A stretch of DNA of 54,829 bases, counting the filler, from Sphacelaria rigidula (taxonomy: Eukaryota): assembly GCA_964200075.2 (NCBI GenBank). It is 4 parts of 4 records of this genome, joined end to end, with 100 filler letters (N's around TTAATTAATTAA, not from the genome) between each part and the next. Parts side by side here need not be neighbours in the genome. Positions count along the whole stretch, not along the records: positions 27,468 to 41,100 come from CAXNAA020002758.1; positions 41,201 to 54,829 come from CAXNAA020002759.1; 2 more parts are not named here. One strand, 5' to 3'. This document shows positions 34,800 to 46,769 of this stretch, piece after piece. The notes below the pieces were generated by a model. The model was not told the DNA's origin. It searched no databases and was given only the letters and a program-made list of their open reading frames with translations. Both the position numbers and the translations under genes were made by a program. Numbering within the stretch: the stretch's first letter is position 1; every line of letters begins with the position of its first letter.

Positions 34800-36010
34800 A
34801 CCGTTACGGTCCATCCCAGTCGACGCGCGTGTTACAATTCATGGATAGTCTTCGAAGACGTCGGTCCACGTCTCCCGAGGGATCTGCCTCTCGGAACCTT
34901 CCAGGAGGGTTGCGGCTGTTTGTGCATCCGTGGAGATACGTCCCCAGTCATTCGCTGTAGGATTCGTCTTGTTCGTTGTTTGGAACCTGTACGCAACTCG
35001 AATGTTCAATGTGTGCTGTGAAGAGTACATAAGACTTGTCACCCGTTAGGTGCTGCATGACGGGACCAAGGGAAACCATGTGTGGCGGAACTGATAGTGT
35101 TCCACCCAACGGCAATTCTATGTGGTGCTCTCGTTTTCGGAGACCTTTCCACGGGGTCTTGAATGTACAAGAATTCGATATTAATGAGAAACATTTTCGT
35201 CTGGAAACGGTCATCATCGCCGATGTGCGATTAGCAGGTTTCATTATCCATGTTGAGCGGTGTGTGATTAGGAGGCGGCCGCTCCAGCGCGTTTCTCGAC
35301 GATGCACGCTCGACGTCTATGTTTTTGTGGGCGTCGGGTTCGGATGCGTTACACTACGCATCGTACGTCGAAATCCCGAGCGATTCATCCTGGCGCAAGA
35401 TGCGGTAAAGCAAGAGTCGTGGGATTGTCGGGCCGCGTTAGACAGATAGTGTCTACCTGACGAGCGTGTTGATCGCGATGGCTTGGGCCTGGGGTTTATC
35501 ATGCAGGTCTGCGTACTGCTTGCTTTTGAGAAAAGCCGGTGAGATGGCTCCTGAGTCGACGCCACGGTTATCGCATTGAAACGCCCAAGCGATGGCCTTC
35601 ATCGCTTCTGGCGATGTCGACACAACCGCCTTTTTCCAATGTTACAGAGTCGTCATGGACGGGACCCGCACATGCAGCTGCCGGTTTCAAGAGGAGGGTG
35701 GGGGTATCGGCACGCATTGACGGATGATGGAAACATGTGTTACTGTCGAGCATTTCTGTTTTTGCTCGGGCCATCGTCACGCGACTCAAGTTACCCCGCG
35801 CGTGCTGACAGAGCGCAGTGAACGAACAATATGGAGTTCAGGCGGACACAATGACCGGGCGTAATCGAACACCATCAACCGTTCTTTATTATCTTCATTG
35901 GACGTGTACGGAAACCGTGGGTGTAAGCAGTAAGGGTGAGAAATGATCGAACGGAGGAAGTGGCCCACTGACCCCAGATCCGAATCAAGCAACCTCAATC
36001 CAAACCACAC
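34800..36010 (-). pseudogene. Decayed ORF of unknown family
   Basis: Manual translation gives a long, mostly single-frame product interrupted by stops (KAIAWAFQCDNRGVDSGAISPAFLKSKQYADLHDKP...RLLLYRILRQDE...KMFLINIEFLYIQDP). Confidence 0.35.
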
Positions 36011-38249
36011 ACAAAAAGAGCGACTTCGACTGCAATACGCGAAAATAACGACAACAATACGAACGACGATAGCATTTTTCGTGACATCGCCGCCGCGAGG
36101 ATGTTTATTTCGTCGGGGGTGGTTATTTTCAACCCTGATTGTGAGTTTGTCGAGCAGCGGTGGATAGTGGCTCTAAGATTCCCGGACAAGCCGCAAGGCA
36201 CGTGCGGGGGGGGGCTCTCATCGACAGATGCTGTATGTACCTTACAGGGTTAAAAGCACTGCATTACTTCGTTGTGTTCTCAAATCTTGTAATAATTTTC
36301 AGTTGTGTCGAAAAAGCGAGGAACCGTGTAGTCATTCCCCCAAAAAAGTGCTGTCAAAAAAGTGCGCACGGACTGCCTGCAGATACCTTTTTATTCACTC
36401 CGCGGTGGTGTTCATCTCCAAAGCTCATCGTCGAACCCCCGGACACGTACGTGCGAGTCGCAAAAGTTGGGAAGGCCCATCCAATCAAGGCGATGCCGAG
36501 TGCCAAGGAGGTGTGGTGGTGGCATAAACTTCTTCGCGAGCCACGACCGTGTGGAAGTCGTCAGAGTGGGAGAAACTAGCCTAAACACGTGTTGGCGACA
36601 GCAACTGCCCTGAGGCCACTTCTCGTTCGTTGCCGCAATGGGGTGCGGATTATATGGGCTGGTCACCTCCGCTCACACGCGTACACATACCCGAACCCTG
36701 GCAATAATCAACAGCCGATTTGAAATTTTGGGGTTCAACACTAAAATGGGGGCTGAAGTCGCATTTCTCTATTGCAGGGAAGATACGAAAGAGTAACACA
36801 GAGCGAAAGTATCTTCCCCCCCCAAACTCCGCAAGAGGACTTGACCGTCAGACCGCGAGAGTAGGTCACCTGCTGAATCGGCATCAATCAGCTCCGGTGC
36901 CATTCGAGCAAAGGCGAACATGGAACCACTCAAATACGTGTCCATGCAAGCGGACGCAGCAGCCCAAACGGCATCCGCGTTACCGATGTGCTCGCCGTTG
37001 ACACACGGCACAGACAGGTGAGAGAACAGTTATCGTGACAGCACGGCTAACGAAACATGTACCCCCCCCCCCCCCCCTCCGCTCACGTCGTCTCCGAAAC
37101 ATTCGGCTAAAAATGCTCACCCGTGCACCTGCATTCACACCACGACGAAGCGACATCTACAACCCTGGTTGACTTTGTCATCCCACATGGACCTGAACAC
37201 TTGCCTCGGGGTGATGAGCGCCCCGGAATCGCCTTTGAGCTGCTGAACGGCCCCTTAGCTGCTATTCCATTTTTCTTGTCAGGGTTTCTTCATCAGGCTA
37301 GAGTCGAGCGATTTTTCCAACCCCGGCCTTCAACGCGATCACTTATAATTCGCTTTTATTCTGCGGATACCATTCACCATGGTCGTGGTCAGCGCGCAAA
37401 TCTAATCGCCGAACAGTGGCGAATTTTCCACACTCACGAAGTCTCGGCGCTATATATTCCCTCCATCGAACAAAATTTAACGACAGTCATTTATCAGTCG
37501 AATCTTCGATAGATTGTTCCTTGCGACCATGTTGAACTCGATACAGTCAGACAGCTAGGCCGTGACCGCTGGTGAATTTATATTTCAGTCCGATACGGTA
37601 GTGTTTCCCTGCATTTAGGTCTTATACGTTTGTTCTACACCATTTCGTACTTTTCTGCGCCCCCCTCCCTTCAATTGTTTCCCTGCTTTTCTTCGGCTCC
37701 TAGAATTGGAGGGTTCCTTCCACCTTCATTCTCTGCCCCTCATCTCGGAAAACACAAGGGCACCACATAGTATTTTGCGTTTTCCATATCCGCATATATT
37801 TATCGGCGGTGCTGTAGTGTCTTGGGCTTGCACCTACACCGCGGGCCAGTCCACGAGTCATCCATAGGAACGTACATACCTTGAGTACCAGCCACCCCAT
37901 ACTGTAGGATGCGTTTCTCCTTCCCTCACTAAAGAAACGGTTCCCTCCCACAATGTGATGAGTGATGCTGCGATAGGGGTGCACAAAAACAAAATAGAAA
38001 GGTATGAGATTAGATTTTTTAGGAGCCCTTTATCTCATCCAAAACACGAGTTTTGAAATAGGTGAGAGTACGCCAGGATTACTCTTCTAATGTGCTAGGG
38101 ATGTGCCGAATGAATTTGCAAAAGGGGGTGCCCAGAACCATATTATTGTGCATCTAGAATCTCTAGGAGCCCCTGAACCAGACAGGATTCGGTCCCAAAA
38201 GTGCTACCCCTATCAAACACCACTCTGATCAAGCAGTCCAAACTGCAAG

Positions 38250-38653
38250 AAATATATGGCGACAGCTTGTCCTAATTGGATGACTGAGGACATCATCATT
38301 TGTTATCCCAAATACGCGACCCTCCCCGTCGATACCTCGAAAACAAAATAATGTGGACGACCTTATATCTGCCTCTGCTCATGTTACTACCCCCCCTCAT
38401 TAGCACCGCACATCCCCGCTTCTGATACCACTGTAATTGTCCTTGTCTGCCACGTTGATAATGACGTACGGAGTGTTTGGTGCTGGAACCTGACAGTGCA
38501 TGTGTGTCAATGTATTGTCAAGTGTGCGTGTGTGTGCGAACTACATACATCATTGTATGTATGCTGCTGCGGTGTGGCCGATAGGCCTTGAGTCCACATG
38601 CCTGTTCATTTGCTTCATCTATCCCTTTATTTATGTCATTGCCGTGCTCAACG
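38250..38653 (-). mobile_element. Truncated LTR retroelement 5' end: ~220-bp LTR (38653-38432) + PBS
   Basis: Minus strand (C)GTTGAGCACGG...GACAATTACA, 1-nt spacer, then TGGTATCAGAAGC (38430-38418), a tRNA-iMet-type primer-binding site. Confidence 0.7.
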
Positions 38654-39872
38654 CGCGCCCTCTTATTCTTTTCTGCGCCCTCCTCCCTTTCCTGTCAGAA
38701 TTCGGCCTATCCTGTCCGGAATATGCTGTATGTTGGTGCAAATATCCTGTCTGAAACGTGATGAATGTTCCAAGGTGTTTTCTCGCCGCCGTTTTTCTGC
38801 AAAAACAAGACGATATTCGGATATCTGTCTCTTCCGAGACCGCAGAAGGTGTCAAGGCATATGGATTTATTTATCGTCCTCCGAGGGTTTCTGTCATGAG
38901 CCGGGGCGCAATAACATGCACGCGAGTAATTAATTCCCTGAATATCTATTCATGTTGCCTAAGTGGTGCATATGACTTCTGCTCGTGGTTCTTGACGATG
39001 GTCATGTCTGGCAGGGGATACGCGGAGCGCCAAAACGTTATGGCAGTACTTGTGGAAGGGCAGTTCGTGGAACTCTTCCTGTCTCCCCTGACAGTCGGAG
39101 GAGGTGAGTCCCTCCTTTTCCCACGCGATGTGCACGCACACATGGCATTCGTGAGCCAGACACCGCCCGCGATGACTTACGCACCGCTGAGAACCTAAGC
39201 CACTCGGCTATGATGCCTTTTTATCCGAGCAATCTGCTCGGGTGGCCTTTTGGTATCCCGACCGAAAGTAACAGAGGAGTTGTTACGGTATTCCTCGTAG
39301 CCAGCAACCCCCGAAAAAACTGACATTCGCGACCCTGACGCCATCGTTGCTCGCCGCTGTGCAGGGAGCAATCTTATTTGCACTTCAATCCACCTCGCGC
39401 TTACCCGATTATTCGACTTGGTGACAGGATTCCCAAGCCGGTATTGGATGCAATGGAGGAGAGGGCTAGGGGTTGATATGTAGCATTCGTGGAAGATCGG
39501 GGGCTTCGACTATCGTTGTGATGTCGTGATTCAGCACGTGAGGCTTTCCGAGGGGAACAAAGATTCTCGGGGTTGCTCGGGTGGGTCCCTAGGTGATCTA
39601 TTCGAGTGCGCCCAAAACACTCAACGGCCCATGCACCCGTGATGAGGTTGGTTTATTTCCTGCCAAGAGCTCCTCCCATACTACCGCCCGCCGTAGGGCT
39701 GTTGTTGTGTCGAGTGTTCACCATTGCTGCGTCATGTATGCTCGCATCTGGTAAAATCCGCGCGGCTATTAGATATAATTGTCTTCTCTAGAACGCGTTG
39801 TCACAATATTCCCTGATATCCCATTTTTCTATCATAGTGAAAAGTCATTTCTGTCCTCGGCGCGTCACTGAC

Positions 39873-41100
39873 GAGCAGCTTGACGCCGAAGATTTTCTGC
39901 TGGACACGGGCTCGAGACACAACAGTGAGAACATCATGGACAATAAATCGCTTTCCCGTGGACAAATTGTTGTTATGGTTCCCGCTTTTTCTTCAGACAA
40001 TGGTAGAGTTTGACGTCGTCGCCCGCAGCGATCCAGGATTGGGCGGCACGTACAGGCACGAACGCACTTGCTACTCCTCCCCAAAATTGCGCATTAGCGC
40101 TGACGTGCGGTACTCCTGAGGGCTTGTTGTCATTCAACGGCTAGGCTCTTCGAACCTCATCTCCATGACGAACCTCATTTTAAAGGATTCCCCGTTGAAG
40201 GTCTTGTGGCTTTCACGCAACGCTGTCGGTAGTACGGCAGGTGAACCCGATCATAGCTAGCATTCGTTGCTACCGTACTCACTCCCGACCGGAGTTCGCA
40301 ACGGGTACGAAAGCTAACCAGTCGTTGATTTTTCTGAACTTCATCCACACAATTTAAATGACTTTCTAGACCTGAGGGAGGACGGCTTCCCTGTCCCCCC
40401 GCCAGGTATTAATGAAGGTCAGTAGATTTTTACGACCGCACAGAACACTAATTGGGGCACGGAAAGTTTCTTCTCCATGAAAATGCGTGTTTATCAACCT
40501 GCAAAGCGTGTCGTGCGCCTTGTTTTCTAAAACGAACGGTAACTTGTCGATTTCTGTTCCGTTCTTCACGGACTGGCCGATGCCAATCCTAGAAACGTTT
40601 GGTATTGCTGTTCGACGGTATCTTTGCGTGTTTAGGCGGACCCTAGGCGGCCACCTTCCCTCAGGTCTTGAGAGTCGTTTAAATTGTGTGGATGAAGTTC
40701 AGAAAAATCAACAACTCTCTAGCTTTCATACCCGTTGCGAACTCCAGCCGGGAGTGAGTACGGTAGCAACGAATGCTAGCTATGATCGGGTTCGCCTGCC
40801 GTACTACCGACAGCGTCGCGTGAAAGCCACAAGACCTTTGTTGTCGGCGGTTGATGGCGTGGATCTCAAATGTAACGGCAAGTGGTTGGTGGTAGAGGAC
40901 TCTCGTTCAGCTTGTAATGCATGACCTTCTCACATCGGAATAATTCTGGAAAGCTACTCGTAGTGTACCCAGGTGTTCACGCGACCAGCGCGTGCTCCAG
41001 GTTGCAGCATGGACGGACTCCTATGCGCCACACTAGCAACAGTTAGGTCACCACCATACGTATATTTTGTCACTCCACATGTCAAAAAGGTCTCTACAAA
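39873..41100 (-). repeat. Right arm of the long inverted repeat (interrupted by a MITE; runs to contig end)
   Basis: Reverse complement of 27942-28500, split by the 40198-40838 insertion. Confidence 0.93.
40198..40838. mobile_element. MITE, 641 bp, ~185-bp TIRs starting AAGGTCTTGTGGCTTTCACGC
   Basis: 40198-~40380 is the reverse complement of ~40657-40838; the element is absent from the left inverted-repeat arm. Confidence 0.92.
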
Positions 41101-41200
41101 NNNNNNNNNNNNNNNNNNNNNNNNNNNNNNNNNNNNNNNNNNNNTTAATTAATTAANNNNNNNNNNNNNNNNNNNNNNNNNNNNNNNNNNNNNNNNNNNN
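41101..41200. other. Artificial contig-joining spacer
   Basis: N44-TTAATTAATTAA-N44. Confidence 0.97.
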
Positions 41201-41278
41201 ACTGATCGACCGCTTTTCACTCTCGATCGTATCATCTACTATCAATCTCACGAAAACACTGTTGACCGTGGTTCGCAT

Positions 41279-41600
41279 GGGTATCGTAGGCATTAGGTCT
41301 CAAAATATTTGATTGAGCGGGTACGGTAGGTGTTGAAATATCGCAATACCGTAGTATCATAGGTATCATAGGTACGGCATTTCAAAATACCCGATTGAGC
41401 GGGTACAGTGGGTGATGAAATTTAGACACACGCTGGTATCGTAGGTATCGTTGGTACCATTTTCGAAAATATCCGATTGGGCGGGTATGAAAGGTATTCA
41501 AAACCTCGAAATACCGCGGTATCGTGGGTGTCATAGACATGATATTTGTAAATACACAATTGGACCCGTATCGGTAGGGTGTGCGATGTTTCAAATACTG
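41279..41600. repeat. Degenerate ~80-bp tandem repeats (GGTATCGTAGG / GATTGAGCGGGTA words), TE-subterminal-like
   Basis: aaaata..cgattg[ag]gcgggta recurs at ~41302, ~41384 and ~41466 with ggtatcg words between. Confidence 0.65.
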
Positions 41601-43454
41601 TGGAAGTATAAGCAATTACCGCAAGCAGTAGTGCCGTATACACCGAACGCAAGCAAACCACACCCTTGTGGGGTGTCTGCCGCGGTCCTGGATTGACTTG
41701 TTACACTCAAACTATATGTTTTTCTCACACCAAGGCACTCGTCAACAGCCGACAGCTGGGGCAGAAAGTAAGCACTGAGCTCTTTCTGAAAAGGAAACAC
41801 CACTGTGATATCACGGGGATGTATTACTTGTGACTTACTCGTGTTATAGCTCGTCACAGCTTGCCGGCAGAATGGGAGACGTCGCGCAGAACAGATGAAA
41901 GCTGATGATCCTTCTTGTGATTAGTTCTACGGTAGCTGTTTCTGACGGTGGGTCGCAAGTCGCTGCGTGGGCGATGGTGCTCACGATTGCCCTCACAGCT
42001 ACGCATATCATCTTGTCATATACAAATCAGCACGACGCACTGTTCCTCAAGCCAATCAAAGCTGTAGTAGCAGCAGGTACACGCGGCTAATCGGGTACAA
42101 CCCTTTTGCCTTCAACCCGCTGCGGCAACAATACAAGGATCGAATCCTGCCTGATACAAACACACATTCGATTAGAATCCTTCCATACCCGCTGGTCGTT
42201 TCTAGGGACCATCTGCATATCCACAAAAACTAGTTTTGATTCAGACACTCATTTACCATCACATCAGCCCACCCTGGATCGTTCAAGTGCAGTCGCTTTT
42301 CAGAAGGAACGAACTTGCATCGAGCCACACCTCTCCCGCACCGCAGAAAATTGAGACTCCATTTGAAGATCGAGTCCTCTTTGGTACGGGAAACGGGAAG
42401 GGGCGATCAACACAAAGAATCAGTAACTGGCAAACACCAGCACAAAGCAAAGAGAAAAAAATCGAACCGATACAATGATTCGGTGTCCTCATGTTCCGTG
42501 AGTCTTCAGACGGCGTCATGGGAAAAAAAAATACGAAAAAAAATACGAAAAAATACAATCGTTATTTGCGCGATACTTAACGTGGCTGGATACAGACACA
42601 CAACCAGCGCCGGTATACGCCGCTCGACCGGCTGGGCCAGACCCCGTGCTCCAAAGAAGCAACGCACAGCATAATGCGGATATACTGCACCGCCAGGTTA
42701 CTGAATGCACCCGGCAGCGTGGCGACTGCCGCTGCTGGCATTAGTGCCAGCGCTCGCGGCCACGGAAAGAGACAAACAGCCGTCCTAAGATGGGGATATA
42801 CCGATACACGAGCATCGCAATGACCCGTTGCGGCGGCAATGTACCACTCGTAGTCTGCCCGTCTGTAGGCAGCTTCGTTTATCTGCTTCTGTTCTATCCG
42901 TCCCGGCGCGACTGTAGAATGTACTCCACCGGTGTGACTCAAGTTTCCAATAACAAGCATTTTGCACTACACAATTCATTACGAAGGTCGCATTTCATTG
43001 GCGCTCAATTCCGCCGATGTCTCACCGACAGGCTTTTGATTGGTTGAAGTTCACATCTCACTACAGGTATATATCCCCATGTACAGGCGTTGTGCCAAAT
43101 ACCACGGTTCTGGGTAGTAAGCAATCCCATGGCTATCGTCTTCACATCTCTTTCCCCCTTACATTCCAAATATGATGGTGGTTGGCACGATTTCAGGCAT
43201 GTCATGATTGCGTCAATTTGATATTGACAATCCGCACTTTTTATATGAGAATAATTCGAAGGCGACTGGCTGGTCGAGGTACCTCTTCGCACCACTGCTA
43301 TGGTCTCATCAAATATTCGGCTGTATCCGGCTGAATCCGGCTGTCACATTCTTCAGTAGGTCATGGCTGTCAGTGTAAAACCACGTACGCGACCATGAGT
43401 ACGCACAGTGGAATTCATTTGCTGATAACAATTGTTGAGGTTATGAGCGTGAAC

Positions 43455-43767
43455 TGTAGCCAAATAATACCAAGTCGTAGGTTTCAGCATAATCGCATGC
43501 ATGATTGGAGCAGTGGCAGGGGACAGGGGATCCTGGATTGATGGCCCTTTTCTGTGTGGCCCCTTACTATCTGGCTCGTTATCTGTTAAGGATTACTCCG
43601 TGCTAATAACAAGAGAGAAGAAATGACTTGTCGAGCACGAGGCCAGTGATACTGGAGGAGTCCCTCGTTGAAAGTCCTCTCGTCCAGATTGTCTGGCAGA
43701 CGCTATAAATCTAGATGATTCTTGTCGGTGCTCTGTTGAAGGAGTTTGGCTGAGGAGAAGAACCACA
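43455..43767 (+). repeat. 5' LTR
   Basis: TG start, aligns with 48219-48537; right end inferred from ..AACCACA followed by gcTGG. Confidence 0.8.
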
Positions 43768-43899
43768 GCTGGAAGCCAGTTTGGCCCGCAGACGGGAGGA
43801 GACCAACTTGAATCGCACAGCAGTGGAGCACGCTCCGTGGGTTGGAGGACGCCAAGTCAGGCAAGAGTCTCTCAGTGAAGTGTTTGAATCCTAGACGAC

Positions 43900-44910
43900 A
43901 TGGCTCAAGTGGCGGCAGCGCCGCTGGTGTTAGGTGAGCCGCTAGACCCACCGAAGTATGGCGAGGTGTGGACCGAGGAAGCATCAAGAGTTTTCTACGC
44001 AGAATATGTCGACTACATAAAGAGGTTGTACCTTGCAAATGCTCAAGAAGTTGTAAGGCATGCTAGAGTGAGCACAGATCAACTCATCCGTACGTGCATT
44101 CATTGGTGCTTTGATGGCATGTACAAGGACCGTCGGGCTATGACCCCGACGAATTGCTAGATGCTATGAAGCAGCCTGTCGGGTACACCACAACCGGCGG
44201 CAAGCATGACACTGCGCGGGCTGCAGCAGACCTACTACGTAGAGTTCATACTATGCCACACAGCGGTGGAACATCCATCAAGAGTGGAGCAATGATGCTT
44301 AACTCATCGATTAAAACGTGTTTCGCTGAAAAACTCACGATGCAAGCCATGTACCGTGCGGAGGACAGGAGGTAGTTGTCATGCCCGGCCGAGTCGGTTT
44401 CCACAGCTTTGATAGATGGGGTTTTGCCTCCGGATATCAAGGGTTCAGAAGCGTACAGACATATGTAGACAGCTGGAAAACAAATCCGACGGTGGTGTTT
44501 AACACCATATTTGATGCCGCCGACCACTGGAAGTTCATTGAGGCGCATGGCCAGCGCGGTTCTGCGGCGAGTGCAGGCAGGTGGTGCGCGCCGCAAACAA
44601 CAACAGCAACTGAAACAGCAGCCGTCTTCGTGAGCGTCGTCCACTTGCGCGTGTTACTACTGCGACGTCAACGGACACCTGATTGAGGGCTACCCCAAGC
44701 CTCGCGCTCAAGTAGCTGCTCAAGAAAATGCGCGAGATTCGTCAGAATCTCGAGCGGTCATCACGGTTGACGGGGCCGTTCCCACCATGCACACGGGCGC
44801 GCCGGCCGCGGTAGCAAGCAATCGGCGGCGGATGGTGGTTCCTCCGCTGCTGGTTCTTCCACTACTTCATCAGGTGGTGACTCTGGATCTTATCGTTCGT
44901 CCGTAGCGGC
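43900..44910 (+). pseudogene. gag remnant
   Basis: ORF pieces 43900..44160, 44154..44375 and 44381..44686 between the 5' LTR and the protease. Confidence 0.65.
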
Positions 44911-45084
44911 GTGAACTATGTACGTGGGAAATGCTAATACCTCGGTAAGGAGTGCTGGACTGGTGCATTTCCTACGGCTGCGACGGCTGTAACAGCGCCG
45001 TCTGCATATTCGGCGACGTGGTCTGGGTGGGCCGGCGATTCGCAGCTATCGATGCCAGGTGCTAGAGCGTAGCCCTGGCGTCAG

Positions 45085-46197
45085 GTGACTCTTAGCACAG
45101 AACAGGGTTCTTCGGCAGGCGTGGTACCTGTCGATCGCAAGGCTGACTGCTTACGCACAGATTTAACCTTGCCTAGTTCCGGATATTCATTCATGGCCCG
45201 CGTTATTCTGGATTCTAGGTACGCGCTCACGTCGATCGGTGTGGGATTGCTGGAACAAATGTCTTCGCAGTTTGGCGGCGCTCAGCTTCAGATCCCGTTC
45301 GAAAACGGACCGCAAACGGCACAGACCGCCACGGGTGCTCCCGTGACGGTTGCACATAAAACGGTGCCGATGGCTGTTAGCGTGCGTACGCTGTGGGGGG
45401 CTGTGAAGTTTCACCCCATTACTTTCGCTGTCATGCCCCGTAGGGACAACGTGGTTCTATTTGGGATGGTGACGATGACGGAGCTCAGGATTGATCTGTA
45501 TCCGCTGGCGGTGGAGAAGTCACGTCGGCGTGCTGTGCCGGTGCAAACAGGCGTGGAAAACCCCAGTTACCTTGCTGCAAGGTGTGTGATCGTATCCACA
45601 CGGTCATTCCAGAGCGCCAATGAGGAGGGGGCTCCTGCTGATGAAGCGGTAGAGCACTTGGTCGATCGGGGGCGGGACATGTGCATGGACCCAGCAGAGG
45701 AGAGAGGTGCACGAGAACGTGCGCTTGAGGATAGCGTGCAGCAGGCCCAGCAGAGGGGCCTGAGCGCCGATGGCGCTCATTGTCCGCGCGATAATTTGGC
45801 TCGTCGCGTTAATATATTTCGTCGTGCGCTGCGTGGTGATCCACCAGCGCGCGTGGAGCCAATGAAGGAGGCTGTGAAGGCCAAGCCTCGCCGCTGCGAT
45901 CCGGTGAAAACCGTGTGACTTGCTCCATGCATCGCACTTTTGGTGGCATTTGGTTTGTTGGTTAGGAATATTCAGGCTGTGTGGGCGAGTCCGGCGATGG
46001 CGGTGCCGAAGAGGGACACAGTTCGTTTGGTCAGCAACTGTCAGGCGGTGAATGCGCAAGTGGAACAGTCTCCGGGGGTGTTGCCAAGCCAAGAAGACAT
46101 GCAGGAGTTGCTGGGAGCCCAACAACAATATCGGTATGTCAGTGAACACATTCCTGGAGAGCGCATTTTTCGGGGAGATGGTTGTCTCGCTTGGTGA
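45085..46197 (+). pseudogene. pol remnant: aspartic protease + RT N-terminus fused to RNase H C-terminus (internal deletion)
   Basis: VILDSRYALTSI (LDSG-like) ..NVVLFGM; SPAMAVPKR..VRLVSNCQAVN then directly YRYVSEHIPGE. No YxDD or RNase H core in between. Confidence 0.85.
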
Positions 46198-46430
46198 AGG
46201 TTCCTACCGCGCATATTCGTTCTGTTGCCGTATATAGCCCGTGTGATGGCGATGATTCGCTGCCCTCGTCAGATGTCATTCGTACCGCGCAGCGCAAAAC
46301 AGTCGGCTACGGTGTTTATTATTTTGCTACTACTTTCGGTCAAGCTATTTTAGCTGACGATGCTTTGTTTCGCGTGCGTGCTGGCAGTAGTGATGTTTTG
46401 TGGATTCCGTCGGATGACGAGGCTCTACAA

Positions 46431-46769
46431 CCCCTCAGGCCTTTTTATTTCCCCATCGTTTTATTGTATTTCATTTTATTGGTTTGTTCTTTCCTCTTGT
46501 TTCCCTTTTTCTTGTTTTAGGTCGGCCATTTCTTTCCGTGCCTTGCTTGTGTTGACTTTGTTCTACTTTTTTTGTCACGACTTAGTCTGCTATGTCGTTC
46601 TGTTCGACCCCCCTTTTTTTTCTGTTCCTGTTTTTCTTTTTCTGTTCCTTTTTTTCCCCTTAGGAGCGTGTTTTCAGTTCGTTTTCTTGGGTACGTCTAT
46701 CATGAGACCATGGCTGGACCCCTGGGGGGTCAGTTAAAGTGCGACAATGAACTCAAAATCAAAAATCAA
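46431..46769 (+). mobile_element. 5'-truncated non-LTR (LINE/SINE) 3' end inserted in the gypsy integrase
   Basis: T-rich 339-bp insert ending in a (TCAAAA)n tail; removing it restores DDEALQ|TRLMVCAH. Confidence 0.75.

Noticed and set aside
34948-35307. 2OG-Fe(II)/TET-JBP-like strand motif (HHIELPLGGTLSVPPHM)
   Set aside because: No HxD..H..R catalytic set, and a different frame gives the longer continuous reading.
27942-41100. Polinton/Maverick assignment for the inverted-repeat-bounded block
   Set aside because: No protein-primed PolB, rve integrase, packaging ATPase or capsid motif was recognisable in the interior.
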